NCBI GenBank assembly: GCA_035272385.1
Contig: DATEQS010000007.1
Location: 35,218-99,217 of the forward strand
Length of the DNA: 64,000 bases
Reading direction: 5' to 3'
Source of the DNA: Thermoplasmata archaeon
Lineage (GTDB): Archaea > Thermoplasmatota > Thermoplasmata > Lutacidiplasmatales > UBA184
Shown: positions 33,769 to 43,366 of the stretch, piece after piece
Layout: every line of letters begins with the position of its first letter
Position numbering within the stretch: position 1 is the stretch's first letter
Translations under genes and position numbers: made by a program
The notes under the pieces: model-generated
Seen by the model: the letters and a program-made list of their open reading frames with translations, nothing else
Databases searched by the model: none
Told to the model about the DNA's origin: nothing

Positions 33769-35957
33769 ATCTGTCGGCCGCCTCGCCGTCGGGCCCACCC
33801 CCCAACGTACCGGTATTGCTCACGAGCCTCGCTTCCGCCGTCCTCCTGGACGGCCGGGGCGACCTCGAGCTCCCTCGGGAGACGCGAGGGGCCCTGATCG
33901 ACTGGGGGGGAGTCTACGGCCAGCTGATTCGGCTCTCGGGTCCGTGGCGCCTCTCCCTCGCGACCGAGTCGGGAGCCACGGCGCTCTCGGACTGTCTCAC
34001 GGGCGTCGAGAAAGCTCCCGGCCGCTGGCGGAGCCGCCATCGGCTGGGTCGGTTCGACGTCATCCAGGACATTGTTGCCGTCCCTTCCCCATCGGGTGCG
34101 ATTCGGACCCTGTCGGCATCGATTCCGGAGGGTCCCCCTGCGTCGCTGCTCGTCGTGAGCACCTTCGCTCCGTACCTGCTGCCCGTGCTGGTCGAGGGGA
34201 TACGCCCGACCGCGTTCCATGTCGAGGCTTCGTCCCGCGGACTGACTGTTCGCCAGCGAGGATTCGCCCTGGACTATCGCTCGAGCGTGACGCCCTCCCG
34301 CATGTTCCTGAACCGGGCCGCCTGGGGGGGAGGGCGATTCCAGGGACCGGTCGAGCAGGTTGCATCGCACCACGAGCTGACGGTGGTCCCTGGCCGGCCC
34401 GCGACGATCTCCTTTCTGCTCTCGGGCGGGCTCGAACGGGACCTCGGTCCATCGAACGTCGCCGACGCCGTCCTCTCGGACCCGAACGCCGCCGCGCGGG
34501 CAATCGACGCGGCGGACCGCACCTGGGAACAGGGTACTCCGATCCTGCGTTTCCCGAATGCCCCGGGGCTCGAACGGGCGTATGGGTTCGCGCGAGCGGC
34601 CCTCCGCCGGCTGTACACTTCTCCCGGGGAGGGGCTCACGGGGTTGGTCGCCGGATACCCTTGGTACTCCTCGATCTGGTGCCGCGACCTCGCCTGGATG
34701 CTGCCGGCGACCCTCTGGCTCGGAGACTTCGACTGGGTGGCGCGATCACTCGCTTCCGTGTTCCGGTTCCAGCTGCACGCCGAGGTGCCGTTGCTCGGCG
34801 GCGAACCGGGCGAGCTTCCGATGCAGATCTCGCCGGGCCCGATCTTTCTCTACGGGACGTCGGACACGACCCTCTACTATCCCGGCCTCGTCGCTCAGTA
34901 CCTTCGTCACTCGGGAAACCGGGAAACCGCGGCCCAGTGGTCGGCGGTCATCGAGCGAATCCTGGGGTGGGGGCAGGCCCGTACCGACGCGGTCACGGGG
35001 CTGCTCCGGCACGGAGGCGAGGCCGAGGAAATCGCCACCGCTACCGGGCAGCTCACTCGCGTTCGGTACGGAATCGACTCTCCCGACACCACGATCTGGG
35101 ATTCGGTGAATCGTCGCGAGCACGCCATCGATGTCCAGGTCCTCTGGCGACAGGCCCTGCTCGCGGCCGCCGAGCTCCACGAGGGAGGGGCGAGTGCGTC
35201 GCCGGGGAGGGATTGGGTTCAAGCCGCGGACCGGATCGCTCGGTCCGTCCGGGAGCTGTATCCCTGGTCCGAGGAGGGATACCTCTACGACTCCCTCCGC
35301 AGCGGTGCTCCGGTCGCGCGGGTGCGGCCCAACGCGCTGCGCACGGTGACCTCGGGCATTCTCGACCCCGACCTCTCTCACGCCCTCGTGCTGCGCGCCG
35401 CGAAGGAGGACCTCACGACCCCGTGGGGTGTTCGCACGCTGTCCGCGAAGGACCCCGGGTACGACCCTCAATCGTACCACGACGGAGAGGTCTGGACGAT
35501 CGCGACCGCTTGGGCTGCCGAAGCGGCTCTAGCGGTGGGAGAAGTCGAGCTCGGACTGCGGTATCTCCGCACGATCGGAGAGCGGATGGACCTCGAGGGA
35601 GGATGGGCGAACGAATGCTACCGCGGCGACCGGCCCGAGGCCTTCGATTCCTGCTTTCTACTCGGCTTCAGCGTCGCCCCGTTCCTGACGACCCTCTTCG
35701 AGCGTCTCTGGGGACTCTCGGTGGACGCCCGAGTGCCTCGGCTCGAGGTCGACCCCTCCTTCCCCTCCGACTGGGATTCGTCTTCCCTCGAACAGCTGCG
35801 CATCGGCTCGGGAGTCGCCGCGCTGGATTGGACGCCCGTGCGAATGCGGATCTCCTGGTCCGGACCGGACCCTCTGCAGGTGAGAATGCGCGGAAGTCAA
35901 GCGGTCGTGGCTCCCGGGGGCTCGGTCGACCTACCCGTCAACGTCCCGACGCGGTGA
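33765..35957 (+). CDS. Glycogen debranching enzyme-like / amylo-alpha-1,6-glucosidase (GDE_C, alpha/alpha-barrel) protein
   Basis: GYPWYSSIWCRDLAWM and YHDGEVWTIATAW blocks, typical of archaeal GDE-type proteins. Confidence 0.65.
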   Translation: MNLSAASPSGPPPNVPVLLTSLASAVLLDGRGDLELPRETRGALIDWGGVYGQLIRLSGPWRLSLATESGATALSDCLTGVEKAPGRWRSRHRLGRFDVIQDIVAVPSPSGAIRTLSASIPEGPPASLLVVSTFAPYLLPVLVEGIRPTAFHVEASSRGLTVRQRGFALDYRSSVTPSRMFLNRAAWGGGRFQGPVEQVASHHELTVVPGRPATISFLLSGGLERDLGPSNVADAVLSDPNAAARAIDAADRTWEQGTPILRFPNAPGLERAYGFARAALRRLYTSPGEGLTGLVAGYPWYSSIWCRDLAWMLPATLWLGDFDWVARSLASVFRFQLHAEVPLLGGEPGELPMQISPGPIFLYGTSDTTLYYPGLVAQYLRHSGNRETAAQWSAVIERILGWGQARTDAVTGLLRHGGEAEEIATATGQLTRVRYGIDSPDTTIWDSVNRREHAIDVQVLWRQALLAAAELHEGGASASPGRDWVQAADRIARSVRELYPWSEEGYLYDSLRSGAPVARVRPNALRTVTSGILDPDLSHALVLRAAKEDLTTPWGVRTLSAKDPGYDPQSYHDGEVWTIATAWAAEAALAVGEVELGLRYLRTIGERMDLEGGWANECYRGDRPEAFDSCFLLGFSVAPFLTTLFERLWGLSVDARVPRLEVDPSFPSDWDSSSLEQLRIGSGVAALDWTPVRMRISWSGPDPLQVRMRGSQAVVAPGGSVDLPVNVPTR

Positions 35958-36018
35958 ATCTTCGATAGCGGGAACCGGCGGCCAGAGCCTTCTTATTCTT
36001 CGAACACAGGACGGACCG

Positions 36019-36951
36019 ATGCCGGCCGCGATCGAGGTTGACGGCCTCGTCAAGCGCTACGGAACCCTCGCGGCCGTCGACGGGATCGGATTCTCCGTCC
36101 CGCCGGGCACGGTCTTCTCGTTCCTCGGGCCGAACGGGGCCGGCAAAACGACAACCACCGAAATCCTCGAAGGGCTGCGTCGCCGCACCGAGGGACAGGT
36201 AACGGTGCTGGGACTCGACCCGTGGGCCGACGGCACGGAACTCCACCGACGCATCGGGGTCATCCCGCAGGACTTCCGGTTCTTCGAGAAGATCACGCCG
36301 AAGGAGGCGATCGTTTACTATCGCGCCCTCTTCGGAACGAACGTCGACCCGAACGCCCTCCTCGAACAGGTCGAGCTCTCGGACAAGGCGAACGCCCGCT
36401 ACGATACGCTCTCGGGCGGGCAGAAACAAAAGTTCGGCCTCGCCCTCGCGCTCACGAACGACCCCGAGATCTGTTTCCTCGACGAACCGACCACCGGCCT
36501 CGACCCGACCGCCCGCCGGGCGATCTGGGCGGTGATTCGAAATCTGAAGCGCGAGGGCCGTACGGTCTTCCTGACGACCCATTACCTCGAAGAGGCGGAG
36601 ATGCTCGCCGACCAAGTGGCGATCATTCACCACGGCAAGATCATCGCCGCCGGTGGCCCGGCAGATATCATCCGGGCCCATGGGAAACCTGCGCGGATGA
36701 CCGTCGAGGGAAGCCCGGCCCTCGCGGCCTATCTCCGGATGAACCTCGGCGCGTCCGCCGTCGAGGAGGAGGGGAAGGTATCGGTGACCCTCAACGACAA
36801 GGGGGACGCCCTCAAGATCCTGACCGCCATCGAGGCAAGCGGGCTCCCCTGGACTTCGTTCACGACCACGCACGACACGCTGGAAGATGTCTTCGTCCGT
36901 TTGGTCGGACAGATGGACGAAGGAGCGCTCAAGACGGAGGGCGCTCCATGA
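36019..36951 (+). CDS. ABC transporter ATP-binding protein (ABC-2/DrrA-like)
   Basis: Walker A GPNGAGKTT, signature LSGGQKQK, Walker B FLDEPTTGLD. Confidence 0.9.
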   Translation: MPAAIEVDGLVKRYGTLAAVDGIGFSVPPGTVFSFLGPNGAGKTTTTEILEGLRRRTEGQVTVLGLDPWADGTELHRRIGVIPQDFRFFEKITPKEAIVYYRALFGTNVDPNALLEQVELSDKANARYDTLSGGQKQKFGLALALTNDPEICFLDEPTTGLDPTARRAIWAVIRNLKREGRTVFLTTHYLEEAEMLADQVAIIHHGKIIAAGGPADIIRAHGKPARMTVEGSPALAAYLRMNLGASAVEEEGKVSVTLNDKGDALKILTAIEASGLPWTSFTTTHDTLEDVFVRLVGQMDEGALKTEGAP

Positions 36952-38060
36952 GGATGCGCAACATCGCCGCCGATTTCCGAATCGTCGCTCGGACGTACTT
37001 TCGGAACCCGGTGGCGCTCTTCTTCTCGCTCATCTTCCCGATCATCCTGATCTCGCTCTTCGGGCTGATCTTTTCCGGCGCGGGAAACGTTTCGACGACC
37101 CTCATCGTCGTCAACGACGACCACAATCCGGGCGGCGGATTCACCCCGGTGAGCGTCGCGTTCCTGCAGGCGCTCAACAATACGACGGTCGTGAAGGTCC
37201 AGGTCGTCTCGGTCGGCGCCCAGAACCTCTCCACCTACCTCGGCCAAAATGCCCTCTCGACCGGGCTCGTGATCCCGGCCGGTTTCCAGAACGACTACCT
37301 CAACCATACGCCCGTCAATCTGACCGTGTACACAAACCCCGAAGCCGCCGCCTCATCCGGCGCCGTTCTCGGAGCGCTTCGAGGGGTCGTGGACGGGTTC
37401 AACTGCGGGAGGTCATGCGTCCAGACCATCGGCTACACGAATCACAACGTCGGCAGCGCCGTGTTCACCACCATCGACTACCTCATCCCCGGGCTCATCG
37501 GGTTCGCGATCCTGACGAGCCCCATGTTCTCGATGGTGGACATCGCCTCGTCCTACCGGAAGGACGGGATCTTCCGGGAGCTTTCCCTCACTCCGTTGAC
37601 CCGTGCGGAGTGGCTGACGTCACGGGTCCTCTGGTATGTGGCGCTGACCTTCGTGACGGCGGGCATCATGATCGGGGCCGGAATAGTCCTCTTCGGCGCC
37701 CATGTGCTGCTCACGGCGGGGCTGATCCCCTTCCTAGTGGTCGGCCCCTTCTTCTTCGTCTCCCTCGGGATGCTGGCCGGGTCGGTCGCCAAGACGCCCG
37801 AAAGTGCCGCGCTGATCGGCAACATCATCACGTTCCCGATGATGTTCCTCTCGGGAACGTTCTTCCAGGTCTCGAGCATGCCGCCCGGCCTGCAGGCGTT
37901 CGCGCGCATCCTGCCGCTCTACTACGTCATCGACGGGATGAACCAGGTGATGCTGTTCTCGAACACCTCGCGCGCGCTCACCGACCTGTTGATCGTCCTC
38001 ATCGGCTCGATCGTGGTGTTCCTTCTCGCGATCCGGCTGTTCAAGTGGCGGGACGAATGA
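36948..38060 (+). CDS. ABC-2 type transporter permease
   Basis: The ATG at 36948 overlaps the ATPase stop (ATGA). 6-TM ABC-2 pattern. Confidence 0.8.
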   Translation: MRMRNIAADFRIVARTYFRNPVALFFSLIFPIILISLFGLIFSGAGNVSTTLIVVNDDHNPGGGFTPVSVAFLQALNNTTVVKVQVVSVGAQNLSTYLGQNALSTGLVIPAGFQNDYLNHTPVNLTVYTNPEAAASSGAVLGALRGVVDGFNCGRSCVQTIGYTNHNVGSAVFTTIDYLIPGLIGFAILTSPMFSMVDIASSYRKDGIFRELSLTPLTRAEWLTSRVLWYVALTFVTAGIMIGAGIVLFGAHVLLTAGLIPFLVVGPFFFVSLGMLAGSVAKTPESAALIGNIITFPMMFLSGTFFQVSSMPPGLQAFARILPLYYVIDGMNQVMLFSNTSRALTDLLIVLIGSIVVFLLAIRLFKWRDE

Positions 38061-38596
38061 AGACCGCACCCTCTCCCGCCCCGGTCGACGGGACCGAGTT
38101 CCGAAACCTGATGGCCCGCTGGGCGACCGGTGTCTCGGTCGTCACTGCGCGCGACGGGCCGCTGGACGCGGGTCTCACCGTGAACGCTTTCCTGTCGGTC
38201 TCCCTCGCTCCCCCAGCCGTCCTCGTGAGCCTCGCCGAGGACTCCGACACGACCCCCGTGATCGAGCGCACGGGACTTTTCGCGGTCAACTTCCTGACCG
38301 CCGACCAGCGGGCGCTGAGCGAACGATTCGCGCTTCCGAGCCCTCCGGCGGAGAAGTTCGCGCACGTCGCCGTTCATCGAGGGAAGACGGGCGTTGCCCT
38401 CCTCGACGGTACCCTGGCCTCGCTCGAGTGCCGCATGATGTCGCGCATCCCGGCGTACGACCACATCCTCTTCCTCGGGGAGGTCGTGGATCTCACGTTC
38501 GGCCGGGACGCCCCTCCGCTCCTGTATTTCCACTCCGCCTACGCGGGGCTCGACACCGCCGGTCGGGGTAACCCCGGGAAGCCGGCGAAACTCTAG
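38057..38596 (+). CDS. Flavin reductase-like FMN-binding domain protein
   Basis: [17 protein letters not shown]...GLTVNAF pattern. ATGA overlap with the permease gene. Confidence 0.75.
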   Translation: MKTAPSPAPVDGTEFRNLMARWATGVSVVTARDGPLDAGLTVNAFLSVSLAPPAVLVSLAEDSDTTPVIERTGLFAVNFLTADQRALSERFALPSPPAEKFAHVAVHRGKTGVALLDGTLASLECRMMSRIPAYDHILFLGEVVDLTFGRDAPPLLYFHSAYAGLDTAGRGNPGKPAKL

Positions 38597-38634
38597 GCGT
38601 CGCGGCTTTAACCCCCTCCGAACGTGGTCTATCG

Positions 38635-39603
38635 ATGGCCGGGGAACGCCGCTCGGTGAAGGTCGCTATCGTGGGCAGCGGGCCTGCCGGTCTCACCGCC
38701 GCCCTCTACGCGGCGCGCGCCGAATTGAAACCACTCGTGATCACGGGGGTTCCCGCCGGAGGCCAGCTTCTCATCACGACGGACGTCGAAAACTACCCCG
38801 GTTTCCCCGAAGGAATCCAGGGTCCCGAATTGGTCGACCGGATGCGGCGCCAAGCCGCCCGATTCGGGGCCGAGTTCGTCGACGACAGCGTGACCCGCGT
38901 CGATTTCTCGCACCGCCCCTTCGTCCTCGAGACGGGCACGAACGGCACCGTGAGGGCGGACGCGGTGATCGTGGCGACCGGGGCGAACGCGCGCTGGCTC
39001 GACCTCCCCAACGAGACCCGCCTCAAGGGGCACGGAGTCTCCGCGTGCGCGACGTGCGACGGGTTCTTCTTCAAAGGAAAGGAGCTCGCCGTGGTCGGCG
39101 GCGGCGACACCGCCATGGAGGAAGCGCTCTTCCTCACGAACTTCGCGACCCACGTCACCATCATTCACCGGCGCGACAAGTTCCGGGCGAGCACGATCAT
39201 GCTCGGACGCGCTCGGAATCATCCGAAGATCTCGTTCCTCCTCGACTCGGCCGTCGAGGAGGTCCTGGGCAAGGAGACGGTCGAGGGTCTCCGAGTCAAG
39301 AACCTCAAATCCGGCGCCGTCCAGGAGCTCAAGGTGGGCGGTCTCTTCGTCGCCATTGGCCACGTTCCGGCGACCGACGTCTTCCGCGGCGTTCTGGACC
39401 TCGACAAGGAGGGGTACGTCAAAGTGGAGCACGAGACCTGCACCAACGTGGAGGGGGTCTTCGCGGCGGGAGACGTACACGACCGTCGCTACCGACAGGC
39501 CGTGAGCGCGGCGGGCACCGGATGCATGGCCGCGATCGACGCCGAACGATGGCTCGCCGAGCACGAGCAACGCCACGCCGTGACCGCTCCGAAGGCCGCG
39601 TAG
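38635..39603 (+). CDS. trxB: Thioredoxin-disulfide reductase
   Basis: GSGPAG FAD motif, redox CATCDG, and a second Rossmann motif [12 protein letters not shown]. Confidence 0.9.
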   Translation: MAGERRSVKVAIVGSGPAGLTAALYAARAELKPLVITGVPAGGQLLITTDVENYPGFPEGIQGPELVDRMRRQAARFGAEFVDDSVTRVDFSHRPFVLETGTNGTVRADAVIVATGANARWLDLPNETRLKGHGVSACATCDGFFFKGKELAVVGGGDTAMEEALFLTNFATHVTIIHRRDKFRASTIMLGRARNHPKISFLLDSAVEEVLGKETVEGLRVKNLKSGAVQELKVGGLFVAIGHVPATDVFRGVLDLDKEGYVKVEHETCTNVEGVFAAGDVHDRRYRQAVSAAGTGCMAAIDAERWLAEHEQRHAVTAPKAA

Positions 39604-39671
39604 GCGCGACCCGATTTGCGTCCGAGATAGCCTTTAATATCGTCCCATCCGGTGCGAGCCCAGGTCGGGCG

Positions 39672-39863
39672 ATGCCCAACAAGAAGCACCTCCACATCGA
39701 GTCGTCGGGGCAGCTCTGCATCTACTGCGGTGCGTGCGTGGGGATCTGCCCGCTCAACTGTATCTACCTCGACGAGACTCGGATCACCTTCGACGAGAAA
39801 GTATGCACGCGCTGCGAGATCTGCGTGAAGGCCTGCCCCGTCGGCGCCATCGAGATCGGCTGA
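39672..39863 (+). CDS. 2x[4Fe-4S] ferredoxin
   Basis: 63 aa with CIYCGACVGICP and CTRCEICVKACP. Located 16 nt upstream of the GGR gene. Confidence 0.8.
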   Translation: MPNKKHLHIESSGQLCIYCGACVGICPLNCIYLDETRITFDEKVCTRCEICVKACPVGAIEIG

Positions 39864-39879
39864 GGGTTCGGAGGTTACG

Positions 39880-41073
39880 ATGCCCGTACCCGACATGAAA
39901 ACCGACGTCCTGGTCATCGGCGCCGGCCCCGCCGGCAGCATGACCGCGAAGTGGGCGGCGAAGAGCGGCGCCAAGGTTCTGATGATCGAGAAGCGCCAGG
40001 AGATCGGCAGCCCCGTTCGCTGCGGCGAGGGGATGAGCAAGTCCTGGCTCGCCGACGTGGGGATCAAGCCCGGTCGCTGGATCAACCTCGAGGTCGAAGG
40101 CGCGCGGATCTATTCGCCGAACGAGACGGTCTTCGAGATCAACGAAAAGCACGCGGGCAACGAGGTCGGCTACGTCGTCGAGCGGGACGAGTTCGATAAG
40201 CAGCTCGCCATCGACGCGGCGAACGCGGGCGTCGACGTGGTCCTCAAGACCGCCGCGACCTCGATCCTGAAAGAGAACGGAAAGGTCGTGGGCGTCAAGG
40301 CGAAACGCTTCGGCGAGGCGTTCGAGATCCGGGCGCCGGTCACGATCGCCGCCGACGGCTTCGAGAGCCAGGTCGGCCGTTGGGCGGGGATCCCCACCAA
40401 CATCGCGATGCGCGACATGGATACCTGTCTTCAGTACCGCATGACGAACGTCGACTCCGACGTCCGGTACTGCGACTTCTACCTCGGCAAGGTCGCTCCG
40501 GGCGGTTACGTCTGGATCTTCCCGAAGGCAGAAGGGCTCGCCAACGTCGGGATCGGCGTCCAAGTGAGCCAGGTGAAGGCGATGGCCGATGCCCGCACGT
40601 ACCTCGACCGGTGGATCGACCACCACCCCGGTTACGCGAAGGGCAAGAAGATCGATATGGTCGGCGGCGGGGTCTCCATCTCGGCGCCCCTCAAGCAGAC
40701 CGCCGGGGACGGCATCATGATCGTCGGGGACGCGGCCCGCATGATCGACCCGCTCACGGGCGGCGGCATCGCGAACGGATGTATCGCCGGGAAGATCTGC
40801 GGGACCGTCGCCGCGGAAGCCGTGCACGCGGGCACGCCCACGAAAGAGTACTTCCAGAAGTACGAGAAGGGCTGGCGCGCGCTCCTCGAAGAGAAGCTCT
40901 ACCGCAACTGGCTCGCGAAGGAGAAGCTCGTCCAACTGAGCGACGAGACGTTCGACAAGGTCATCGAGGCCCTGCAGGACTTCAAGCTCGAGAAGCTGAG
41001 CGTCCACAACATTCTGAAGGCGGTCCACGAAAAATATCCCGAGGTGACGAAGGAGTTCGAGGCGTTCCTCTGA
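39880..41073 (+). CDS. Geranylgeranyl reductase family (digeranylgeranylglycerophospholipid reductase)
   Basis: DVLVIGAGPAGS FAD motif plus the GGR-typical RCGEG and GDAARMIDPLTGGGI blocks. Confidence 0.85.
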   Translation: MPVPDMKTDVLVIGAGPAGSMTAKWAAKSGAKVLMIEKRQEIGSPVRCGEGMSKSWLADVGIKPGRWINLEVEGARIYSPNETVFEINEKHAGNEVGYVVERDEFDKQLAIDAANAGVDVVLKTAATSILKENGKVVGVKAKRFGEAFEIRAPVTIAADGFESQVGRWAGIPTNIAMRDMDTCLQYRMTNVDSDVRYCDFYLGKVAPGGYVWIFPKAEGLANVGIGVQVSQVKAMADARTYLDRWIDHHPGYAKGKKIDMVGGGVSISAPLKQTAGDGIMIVGDAARMIDPLTGGGIANGCIAGKICGTVAAEAVHAGTPTKEYFQKYEKGWRALLEEKLYRNWLAKEKLVQLSDETFDKVIEALQDFKLEKLSVHNILKAVHEKYPEVTKEFEAFL

Positions 41074-41082
41074 ACCCCTCGT

Positions 41083-41718
41083 TTGCGATCATTCATGCCC
41101 GGCGCTCCGAACAGCCCCCCCAAAACGACCCCCGAGGTTCCCGCCGCGTCGATGGTAGCGGAACCTCCCGAGAAGGTCGCGCTCCGCCGACTCGTCCCGA
41201 TGCGGGTCACCCTACTCCTCGACATGTGGAAAGGGGCTCCTAGCCCCGACCTCACCGGACCGTTCGAGAAGGCCGAGACCGCGTTCGCCCAGGGCGATTT
41301 CGCGACCGCGCTCACCTCGCTCGACCGCCTTTCGGTCCGGTTCGCCGAACCCCGCTGGCCGATCATCCCCGAACCGTTCCGCTCGCTCCGGGTCTTCATC
41401 TTCGCCCCCATGCCTCCGAATTGGAACCCCGACCACGCTCTCCCGCCCCCGGAGAAGGACGCGAAGAAGGTCCGCAAGACCGCTACAGAGCAGCTCGCGC
41501 TCGCCCGCGGGAGCCTCGACTGGGCGGCCGCGCACGGTATCGACACGACCGACCTTGCCCCCAAGCTCGAGGCCGCGACGACCCATTTCGCGGACCCGAG
41601 CGGCCTCGCTCCCTTCTACGAGCAGATCGATGCGATCTGGACCGGACTGCACGGTCGGCTTCCGATCCCGAAGGGTGCGACCGTTCGCGCCGCTCCGGCC
41701 GCCGCCGAGGAAGCGTAG
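41083..41718 (+). CDS. Hypothetical protein
   Basis: 211 aa. No family recognised. Coding-like composition in frame; start uncertain (ATG at 41095 is also possible). Confidence 0.4.
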   Translation: MRSFMPGAPNSPPKTTPEVPAASMVAEPPEKVALRRLVPMRVTLLLDMWKGAPSPDLTGPFEKAETAFAQGDFATALTSLDRLSVRFAEPRWPIIPEPFRSLRVFIFAPMPPNWNPDHALPPPEKDAKKVRKTATEQLALARGSLDWAAAHGIDTTDLAPKLEAATTHFADPSGLAPFYEQIDAIWTGLHGRLPIPKGATVRAAPAAAEEA

Positions 41719-41724
41719 GGCGGC

Positions 41725-42078
41725 GTGACCGAAGAACCGCCGAAGGGCGGTCGCCGGCGACGCGTCCACCGTGGCGAGGGGGAAGTGACCGAGTGGCCCC
41801 GGGGTCTCGTGGACTATCTGCCGTCCGGGGCCCCCGAAGAGACCCCCTCTCCCGAGGAGGACCGGGACCTGAACCGTCTCCGCCTCGCTTCGCGGCTCCT
41901 CGGCTTCGCCCGGTCCCAAGGCCACTCGGTGGAGGGAGCGGTCGGTCGTCTCCGCGAGGCGGACCGGGCCTTCCGTGCCGGGGACCGAGAGGCCGGTCGT
42001 CGGATCGTCGACGACGTCCTCTCCGAGGTCGAGAGGGTCACCGGGGCCGACCCGCACCGGGCGAAGCCCACCTCTTAA
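41725..42078 (+). CDS. Hypothetical helical protein
   Basis: 117 aa, GTG start. No family recognised. Confidence 0.3.
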   Translation: MTEEPPKGGRRRRVHRGEGEVTEWPRGLVDYLPSGAPEETPSPEEDRDLNRLRLASRLLGFARSQGHSVEGAVGRLREADRAFRAGDREAGRRIVDDVLSEVERVTGADPHRAKPTS

Positions 42079-42104
42079 GATTCGGCGGTGGCTCCGCCCG
42101 TACC

Positions 42105-43106
42105 ATGTCGCCTCCTCGATTCGGGACGTTCTCGATCGTCGCCTTCGACCGCGAGACCGCCACCTGGGGGGTCGCCGTGCAATCGCGATTCATCTCCGTC
42201 GGCTCGGTCGTCCCGTTCGCCGAGGCCGGCGTCGGGGCGATCGCGACCCAGGCGCTCGCCAACGTGGCCTACGGACCGGACGGGCTCGCCCTGCTCCGGC
42301 AGGGACTCTCCGCCACCGAGGTCGTGCGGCGCCTCACCGAAGCCGACCCGGGCCGGGACGAGCGCCAGCTCGGCGTGGTCGACGCGAAGGGAGGGTCGGC
42401 CTCGTTCACCGGCTCGAAGTGCATGGACTGGGCGGGTCACGAGGTGGGGGAGGGATTCGCTTGCCAGGGGAACATCCTCTTTGGACCGGACGTGGTCCGC
42501 GCGATGGCGCGGACCTACGAGTCGACGGGCGGGGACATTCTCGACCGACTCCTCGCCGCGCTCTCCGCCGGACAACGCGAGGGAGGCGACCGACGGGGGA
42601 TGCAGGCCGCGGCGCTCTATGTCGTCCGGAAAGGCGGGGGCTACATGGGAGGCAATGACCGCTGGGTGGACCTGCGGGTCGACGAGCACCCGTCGCCGAT
42701 CGAGGAACTGAGACGGGTCTTCCAGATCTACGACATGACGAATCTGAACCGCGAGGACCCCGCGACCCTCCTCGTGATCGAGGGCGACGTCGCCCGCGAG
42801 CTGCAACACGACCTGGGGGTGCTCGGCTACTACACCGGTCGCTTCACGGGGGGCTGGGATGCCGTCAGCCAGGCCGCCTTCACCCGTTTCCTCGGAGAGC
42901 ACAACTTCGAGAACAAGGCCCGGGACGACGGGAAGGTCTGGCCCTCGATCGTGAACTACCTGAAGGAGCGAGCCCGGGCGGAATCGGTTCGTCGAACGCA
43001 CACCGCCCCGATCGTGTCCGGAGCGCTCAGCCGGGGACCCGGAGCGAAGCCCCCAGGAGGGAAGCCATCGGCGCCCCCGACTCGGAAGGAACCGGAGTCG
43101 AGCTGA
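42105..43106 (+). CDS. DUF1028 (Ntn-hydrolase fold) protein with a C-terminal peptidoglycan-binding-like (PG_binding_1) domain
   Basis: GTFSIVAFD...WGVAVQSRF is the DUF1028 N-terminus. The C-terminus GDVARELQHDLGVLGYYTGRFTGGWDAVSQAAFTRFLGEHN matches the PGB repeat pattern. Confidence 0.7.
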   Translation: MSPPRFGTFSIVAFDRETATWGVAVQSRFISVGSVVPFAEAGVGAIATQALANVAYGPDGLALLRQGLSATEVVRRLTEADPGRDERQLGVVDAKGGSASFTGSKCMDWAGHEVGEGFACQGNILFGPDVVRAMARTYESTGGDILDRLLAALSAGQREGGDRRGMQAAALYVVRKGGGYMGGNDRWVDLRVDEHPSPIEELRRVFQIYDMTNLNREDPATLLVIEGDVARELQHDLGVLGYYTGRFTGGWDAVSQAAFTRFLGEHNFENKARDDGKVWPSIVNYLKERARAESVRRTHTAPIVSGALSRGPGAKPPGGKPSAPPTRKEPESS

Positions 43107-43342
43107 CGGTCCGGCTCCGCGGCTCGTTCCCCGACCCCACGACCGCGCGCCGGGTCGTCGAGGCCGTCCGCGCGGACAATCCCACCTTCGTCTCGGTGGA
43201 GGCGGAGGGTACCCAGATCGAGATTCGACTCACCGCGAGCTCGGCCGCGAGCGCCCGGGCTACCCTCGACGACCTGCTCGCGTGCCTTCGGGCGGCCGAG
43301 CGGACCGTCAGCGACCGGACCCTCTCGCCGAAGAGGGAATAA
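43103..43342 (+). CDS. Pcc1-like (KEOPS subunit family) small protein; start codon unresolved
   Basis: Manual translation: (L)TVRLRGSFPDPTTARRVVEAVRADNPTFVSVEAEGTQIEIRLTASSAASARATLDDLLACLRAAERTV. This matches the Pcc1 beta-alpha-beta pattern. There is no in-frame ATG/GTG/TTG; CTG at 43103 overlaps the upstream stop as CTGA. Confidence 0.4.
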   Translation: MTVRLRGSFPDPTTARRVVEAVRADNPTFVSVEAEGTQIEIRLTASSAASARATLDDLLACLRAAERTVSDRTLSPKRE

Positions 43343-43366
43343 GCGGCCAGCGCGCACGGTAGGCGC

